Virus record (IMG/VR): IMGVR_UViG_3300001782_000005
Location: 124,001-188,000 of that record
Length of the DNA: 64,000 nt
Strand: one strand, 5' to 3'
Both the position numbers and the translations under genes were made by a program. Positions 60,140 through 64,000 of the stretch are shown here, one piece after another; position 1 is the stretch's first letter, and every line of letters begins with the position of its first letter. The notes under the pieces were generated by a model. It saw only the letters and a program-made list of their open reading frames with translations. It searched no databases and had not been told where the DNA came from.

Positions 60140-61171
60140 ATGAGTAAAAACTTTTGGTTGTTCAGAACAAATTTGAGGCCATTAGAGTATTACCATCAAT
60201 ATAAGAGTTTAGAGAATTTTGAAAAGAATTGCCACGATTTTTATTTATTAATGGGCGTTTGGTTTCTGAGAAATAGAATATATGATAATTTTATAATATG
60301 GAGGTTGAATCCGAAGAGACAGAAATTGGAAGATATAGTTTTCGATATAGATGGTAAGAAATTTATTCAGAGATGGGTAAATAGTTTTAACGAAGTATTC
60401 AAATATGACCCACCAAAAATCTCCTTTTTTCGAGGAGGATTCCCCGAGTACTGTCAGATTACAAATTCCAACCCGGGTTATCTAGGTAAGAAATTATATC
60501 TTGGAGCTGGTAGGAGAGTCTATCCTCAACATGGAGGAAAGTATGACTTAGTACTCCTAGAAGACGAAGAAGATCAAAGAACTGACTATAAAACAGCTCC
60601 GTTTTATAAAACTGCTAATAGTGAAATATTTAAACCCCTTGATATGCCAAAAAAATATAACCTATGTTGGATTTGTAATTTTGTACAGATAAGACATAAG
60701 GGTCAAGAATTCTTTATAAATGAGGTTTCGAAATCATCTCATCTTAAGCAATTAGCTATTGTTCATGTAGGAAATAAATCCGAAGATGGCCGAAAGATGT
60801 GTAGGAAATATGGAGTTAATAATATTGAATTTGCTGGTTGGGTTGAAAGACCAATTCTAAATGAGTATTTGAATTCTAGCTATTTCGGTATAGTAACATC
60901 AAATGAAGTTGATGGATGTCCAAGAGTTATAACTGAAGTAATGATGTCCGGCACTCCTCTATTACTAAGAAAACGAACCCGTCTTTTAAGTTTCTATAAG
61001 AAATCTGGAATTATAATATTTGATGATAAAAGTTTAAAAGTTAAATTACAACATGGTATGTATAAATACGATGAGTATAAGAATCAAGCGAAAAAAAATA
61101 TTGAGGAGAGAATATCTATGAGTAAAGTTTGTAATATGAACTTAAATATATGGAGTAATTCAAAAAAATGA
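60140..61171 (+). CDS. GT4-like glycosyltransferase
   Basis: HKG, F.GW, DGCPRVITE..MSGTP. Confidence 0.75.
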   Translation: MSKNFWLFRTNLRPLEYYHQYKSLENFEKNCHDFYLLMGVWFLRNRIYDNFIIWRLNPKRQKLEDIVFDIDGKKFIQRWVNSFNEVFKYDPPKISFFRGGFPEYCQITNSNPGYLGKKLYLGAGRRVYPQHGGKYDLVLLEDEEDQRTDYKTAPFYKTANSEIFKPLDMPKKYNLCWICNFVQIRHKGQEFFINEVSKSSHLKQLAIVHVGNKSEDGRKMCRKYGVNNIEFAGWVERPILNEYLNSSYFGIVTSNEVDGCPRVITEVMMSGTPLLLRKRTRLLSFYKKSGIIIFDDKSLKVKLQHGMYKYDEYKNQAKKNIEERISMSKVCNMNLNIWSNSKK

Positions 61172-61196
61172 GGTACATATAAATCATGTACCTCAT
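61162..61196. terminator. Hairpin terminator between convergent genes
   Basis: ATGAGGTACAT (61168-78) / ATGTACCTCAT (61186-96), A-tract on the left. Confidence 0.65.
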
Positions 61197-61222
61197 CCGG
61201 AGAATGGCGGGGGAGTTAAGTC

Positions 61223-62308
61223 TTATTCGACTCTATCGAGAGCCCATTTCCAGCCAGCCTTAATTCTGTCTTTGACATAATTATAGGATCTGACAATTCG
61301 ACCTGGGTTCTCTTTCTCCTTCTCCTTTTGTTTCATTTGATACTGTTGAATCTGTTCAAGGGGAATTTCTTTCATTTTTGCTTTCAGTACACTACCCTTA
61401 AGTTGCCCCTTGAAATTATCAGAATGGAAGGTAATCTTCTTTTGCCCTGTCCTCCAAAGGATAGATGCACGTCGGACCTCAACTTGTTCAATTTTTAGAG
61501 GGCCTTGTACATAATTCTTTATTGGATGAGGCATTGCTCGATGGTCTGGATTGCCCATAAAAGCAAAGCAATTCTTAAGACCTTTTTCACGCATTGCATT
61601 GACCATTACTTCCATGTCAGTTTCGGTTCCGCCTTTGAAATCTCTATAGACGAATGGGCCGCTCATGGAAGTATAGCCATCGCCGATTAGAATACTGTCA
61701 TACCCCCATTCTTTTGCTCGTTTTGACATAGCCTCTGCTAACTCTTTATTGATACCTTCTATGTTAGCGGGTCGGATTGTGACAAATCCATCTTTGTCTT
61801 CAATTACTTCGATGCCGTCAAAGTTGGGGTTTTTGAGTGTTTGGATTCTTCCTACTAGGGCATCCTTGATTTCTTCCAGAACAGATGCTTGCCTTGAGTA
61901 ATCTTCGACAGCTTGCTTGATGACTTGTGGTCCAGTCTCATATAGAACCACTCCAGCTATCCCGCCGAATACTATAGCAAGTACTAGGATCACACCTGCT
62001 AGAACTTTGGCTGTATATACTAACGGATTTGTCTTCAACTCCTCTGGTTCTAGTTCTTTGGCTTTCTTACCAAACATCTTTCCCAAGGTTTCAAAGAAAC
62101 CTGTTCTTTTGGTGAAGGCCACTTTTTCTTCAATCTCGGCAAGTTTGGAACTAATTTCAACTAGCTCCTCTTTAGCCTTAAGCAACCTTGCTTTGTCACC
62201 ATCGGTGGCTACTCCTTGGGTGATCCGATCCTCAATTGCTGCACATTCTCGCATCAATGATGCTCGGTTTTGACGAAGTTGCTTTTCTTTTTCGTCCATA
62301 AGTAACAT
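61223..62308 (-). CDS. Coiled-coil single-pass membrane protein
   Basis: N-terminal coiled coil, TM, soluble domain; AAGGAGG RBS. Confidence 0.55.
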   Translation of the reverse strand: MLLMDEKEKQLRQNRASLMRECAAIEDRITQGVATDGDKARLLKAKEELVEISSKLAEIEEKVAFTKRTGFFETLGKMFGKKAKELEPEELKTNPLVYTAKVLAGVILVLAIVFGGIAGVVLYETGPQVIKQAVEDYSRQASVLEEIKDALVGRIQTLKNPNFDGIEVIEDKDGFVTIRPANIEGINKELAEAMSKRAKEWGYDSILIGDGYTSMSGPFVYRDFKGGTETDMEVMVNAMREKGLKNCFAFMGNPDHRAMPHPIKNYVQGPLKIEQVEVRRASILWRTGQKKITFHSDNFKGQLKGSVLKAKMKEIPLEQIQQYQMKQKEKEKENPGRIVRSYNYVKDRIKAGWKWALDRVE

Positions 62309-62332
62309 CCTCCTTTTTTCTTCGTTCGGTAA

Positions 62333-62521
62333 TTATACTATTTCTTCCCTTTCAATTTCCGAACTTCCATAACCTTTAATGATTTTGAAACCATATGCGG
62401 GAAATGCTACTAATCCCACAAGACCTCCTGCCGCCATTCCAAAGAAGAAGCCTATTACTGCTAAGGCTATCAAAATTAGAACGAACCCGACCACCGTCAT
62501 TACGTCGATCGCCAATTGCAT
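62333..62521 (-). CDS. Small membrane protein
   Basis: Gly-rich hydrophobic hairpin; AAGGAGG RBS. Confidence 0.55.
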   Translation of the reverse strand: MQLAIDVMTVVGFVLILIALAVIGFFFGMAAGGLVGLVAFPAYGFKIIKGYGSSEIEREEIV

Positions 62522-62576
62522 CTGCTAGCCTCCTTCCACAAGTAAATTTTCGACGCACAATAATTATATTCCAGTA

Positions 62577-62590
62577 ATTAATATATATAG
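62577..62590 (-). promoter_or_regulatory. Putative early promoter CTATATATATTAAT (copy 5)
   Basis: Exact motif heading the 61.2-62.5 kb island. Confidence 0.75.
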
Positions 62591-62670
62591 ACACAGATGA
62601 TTAACCAAGAATCATGTGAGATAAAATTTTTGGATATGAGAACATATATTAAAAATGAAGGGAGAAACGA

Positions 62671-63270
62671 ATGGTGAATATTGGACCAATAAGTGAAGAA
62701 GTTAGGGATCTATTGATACTTTATAGTGGCGGAGCAGACAGTCGATTGATGTTAGAAATTGCTCTTAGATTGGGCAGAAAACCACATTGCCTATTAATTC
62801 ATTATGGTCAACTACATAAAGAGGAACTTGATTTTGCAATAAATCAACTTGATAAACTTAAGGTTCCGTGGCAGATGGTTACGGTCCAAGGACTTTTGTA
62901 TGAGAGTGCATTAACAGGTAGTGGCGAGCAAGGTACATTCGGAGATAAAGACGAGATTAGTATATGGCATGTTCCTGGTCGAAATACAATGTTCGCTGGA
63001 ATTGCATTGGGAATTGCTGAAAATAAAAGGATTGATGAAATATGGCATGGGGCTGATTTTTCAGATCGTCTAAATTTATTTCCAGATTGTTACCAAGAAT
63101 ATGTTGTCAAAGTAAATGAATTATTTGCAATTGCTGGCCCAAAACCAATTAAATATATGGCACCTTTAGCCGGTATGACAAAAGAGATGATAATAGGTTT
63201 GTTGAAAGAGTATGAAATTTCTGAGCATGAAATCTTTTCAGGATATGGGGATATACAGGCAGAAGTTTAG
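62671..63270 (+). CDS. queC: QueC-family PP-loop ATPase (7-cyano-7-deazaguanine synthase-like), lacking the C-terminal Zn cysteines
   Basis: SGGADS, YGQ, VPGRN, FPDC, APL..MTK. Confidence 0.85.
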   Translation: MVNIGPISEEVRDLLILYSGGADSRLMLEIALRLGRKPHCLLIHYGQLHKEELDFAINQLDKLKVPWQMVTVQGLLYESALTGSGEQGTFGDKDEISIWHVPGRNTMFAGIALGIAENKRIDEIWHGADFSDRLNLFPDCYQEYVVKVNELFAIAGPKPIKYMAPLAGMTKEMIIGLLKEYEISEHEIFSGYGDIQAEV

Positions 63271-63294
63271 ACAAAAAAATAAATCGAAGAAAAA

Positions 63295-63326
63295 CAAAAA
63301 GGCATTAGAGTTAATATGCCTTTTTG
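63295..63326. terminator. Bidirectional terminator
   Basis: CAAAAAGGCAT / ATGCCTTTTTG between convergent genes. Confidence 0.7.
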
Positions 63327-63362
63327 ACTATCTGGTTCATTGGAAGATTTCAACAGATAGTT

Positions 63363-63923
63363 TTAGTAGAATTCTCGCCAACGATTATTTTTCCACATAA
63401 GTTGACGATCAGCCTGGATGCTTGTATTTTTGGTTTTGGCAACATTTGCTGCCATCAGACCGATTGAATCATGACGATGGTGTGTGAAAGTATGACCAAG
63501 TTCATGAGCAGTGACAATACCACTACCTCTCATGGTCGACCTAATCAGAATATAGCGACCAGCACATTTTGCCATGAATGGTCTATTTGGAAGGTTCAGA
63601 TAGGCGATTGCAACATCAAAAGGATATTTCTTCTCGAAGCGTTTGGCCTTATGCTTAAGTTGGACCATTAACCTTGATCCCACTTTTTTGTTCCAATGAA
63701 CCTTCTTGACCGCCACGATTTCGAGATCCATATAGACTTGACCTTCCATGATTCTACTTGCATTTGAAATCGCTTGGTAAATCCGATCTTGTTTAAATAC
63801 ACCATCAGTCAGTACCAGAACCTTTAAGGTTCGGACATTGAAGTTCTCAGCGAGCACTGGACTTGCTAAACTAAGAACTAACACTATAGCCAATAGCCAC
63901 CTTAACATTGTTTTTTGTTTCAT
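63363..63923 (-). CDS. Secreted zinc metallopeptidase (metzincin-like)
   Basis: Signal peptide; AHELGH...H followed by a GLM Met-turn. Confidence 0.75.
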   Translation of the reverse strand: MKQKTMLRWLLAIVLVLSLASPVLAENFNVRTLKVLVLTDGVFKQDRIYQAISNASRIMEGQVYMDLEIVAVKKVHWNKKVGSRLMVQLKHKAKRFEKKYPFDVAIAYLNLPNRPFMAKCAGRYILIRSTMRGSGIVTAHELGHTFTHHRHDSIGLMAANVAKTKNTSIQADRQLMWKNNRWREFY

Positions 63924-64000
63924 GATATTATCCTCCTTTTAGGTCATGGCCTGACCTATTTCTTTTTCTTTTTTGCAGGTTTACAACTTCCTTTACCTTT

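Noticed and set aside
46403-61171. Bacterial chromosomal LPS/EPS locus flanking a prophage
   Set aside because: Interleaved with PAAR and phage-promoter islands, lacks export/polymerase genes, and no integrase or att site is seen
1-64000. Stop-codon reassignment
   Set aside because: Conserved genes are full length in the standard code and tightly packed, and TAA, TAG and TGA all end genes

Overview
This is an AT-rich, densely coding 64-kb segment of a large (jumbo-type) tailed dsDNA phage with a contractile tail. The host is probably an anaerobe, possibly Desulfobacterota (inferred from a Zn-ribbon-PilZ protein, B12-dependent enzymes and many Cys-rich proteins). Bases 1-38.5 kb are almost all minus strand. 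They hold small accessory, membrane and lipoprotein genes, a 480-aa protein resembling the AR9 gp226 / phiKZ gp68 promoter-specificity subunit of non-virion RNA polymerase, T4-like virion genes (gp5-like spike, gp53-like wedge, gp13-like neck, amidase) and a replication/repair block (UvsX/RecA, class II RNR, LigD phosphoesterase, RuvC, flap nuclease, clamp, clamp loader, primase, Dda-like helicase, DenV, PyrE, Cas4-like nuclease, KhpA). At the main strand switch sits a winged-helix Rep-like gene followed by 4.7 perfect 20-bp tandem repeats. The plus arm carries a NUDIX hydrolase, an actin-fold ATPase, a PAAR protein, a 12-gene glycan-modification set in two blocks and a QueC lacking its Zn site; minus-strand early-gene islands interrupt it. 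Non-coding signals include an exact 14-bp motif (CTATATATATTAAT) five times upstream of minus-strand genes, a GAACAAA motif upstream of replication/late genes, and a family of branched intergenic RNA stems. All protein assignments come from motif recognition and recall, not database searches. No tRNA, rRNA, CRISPR array or integrase was recognised.
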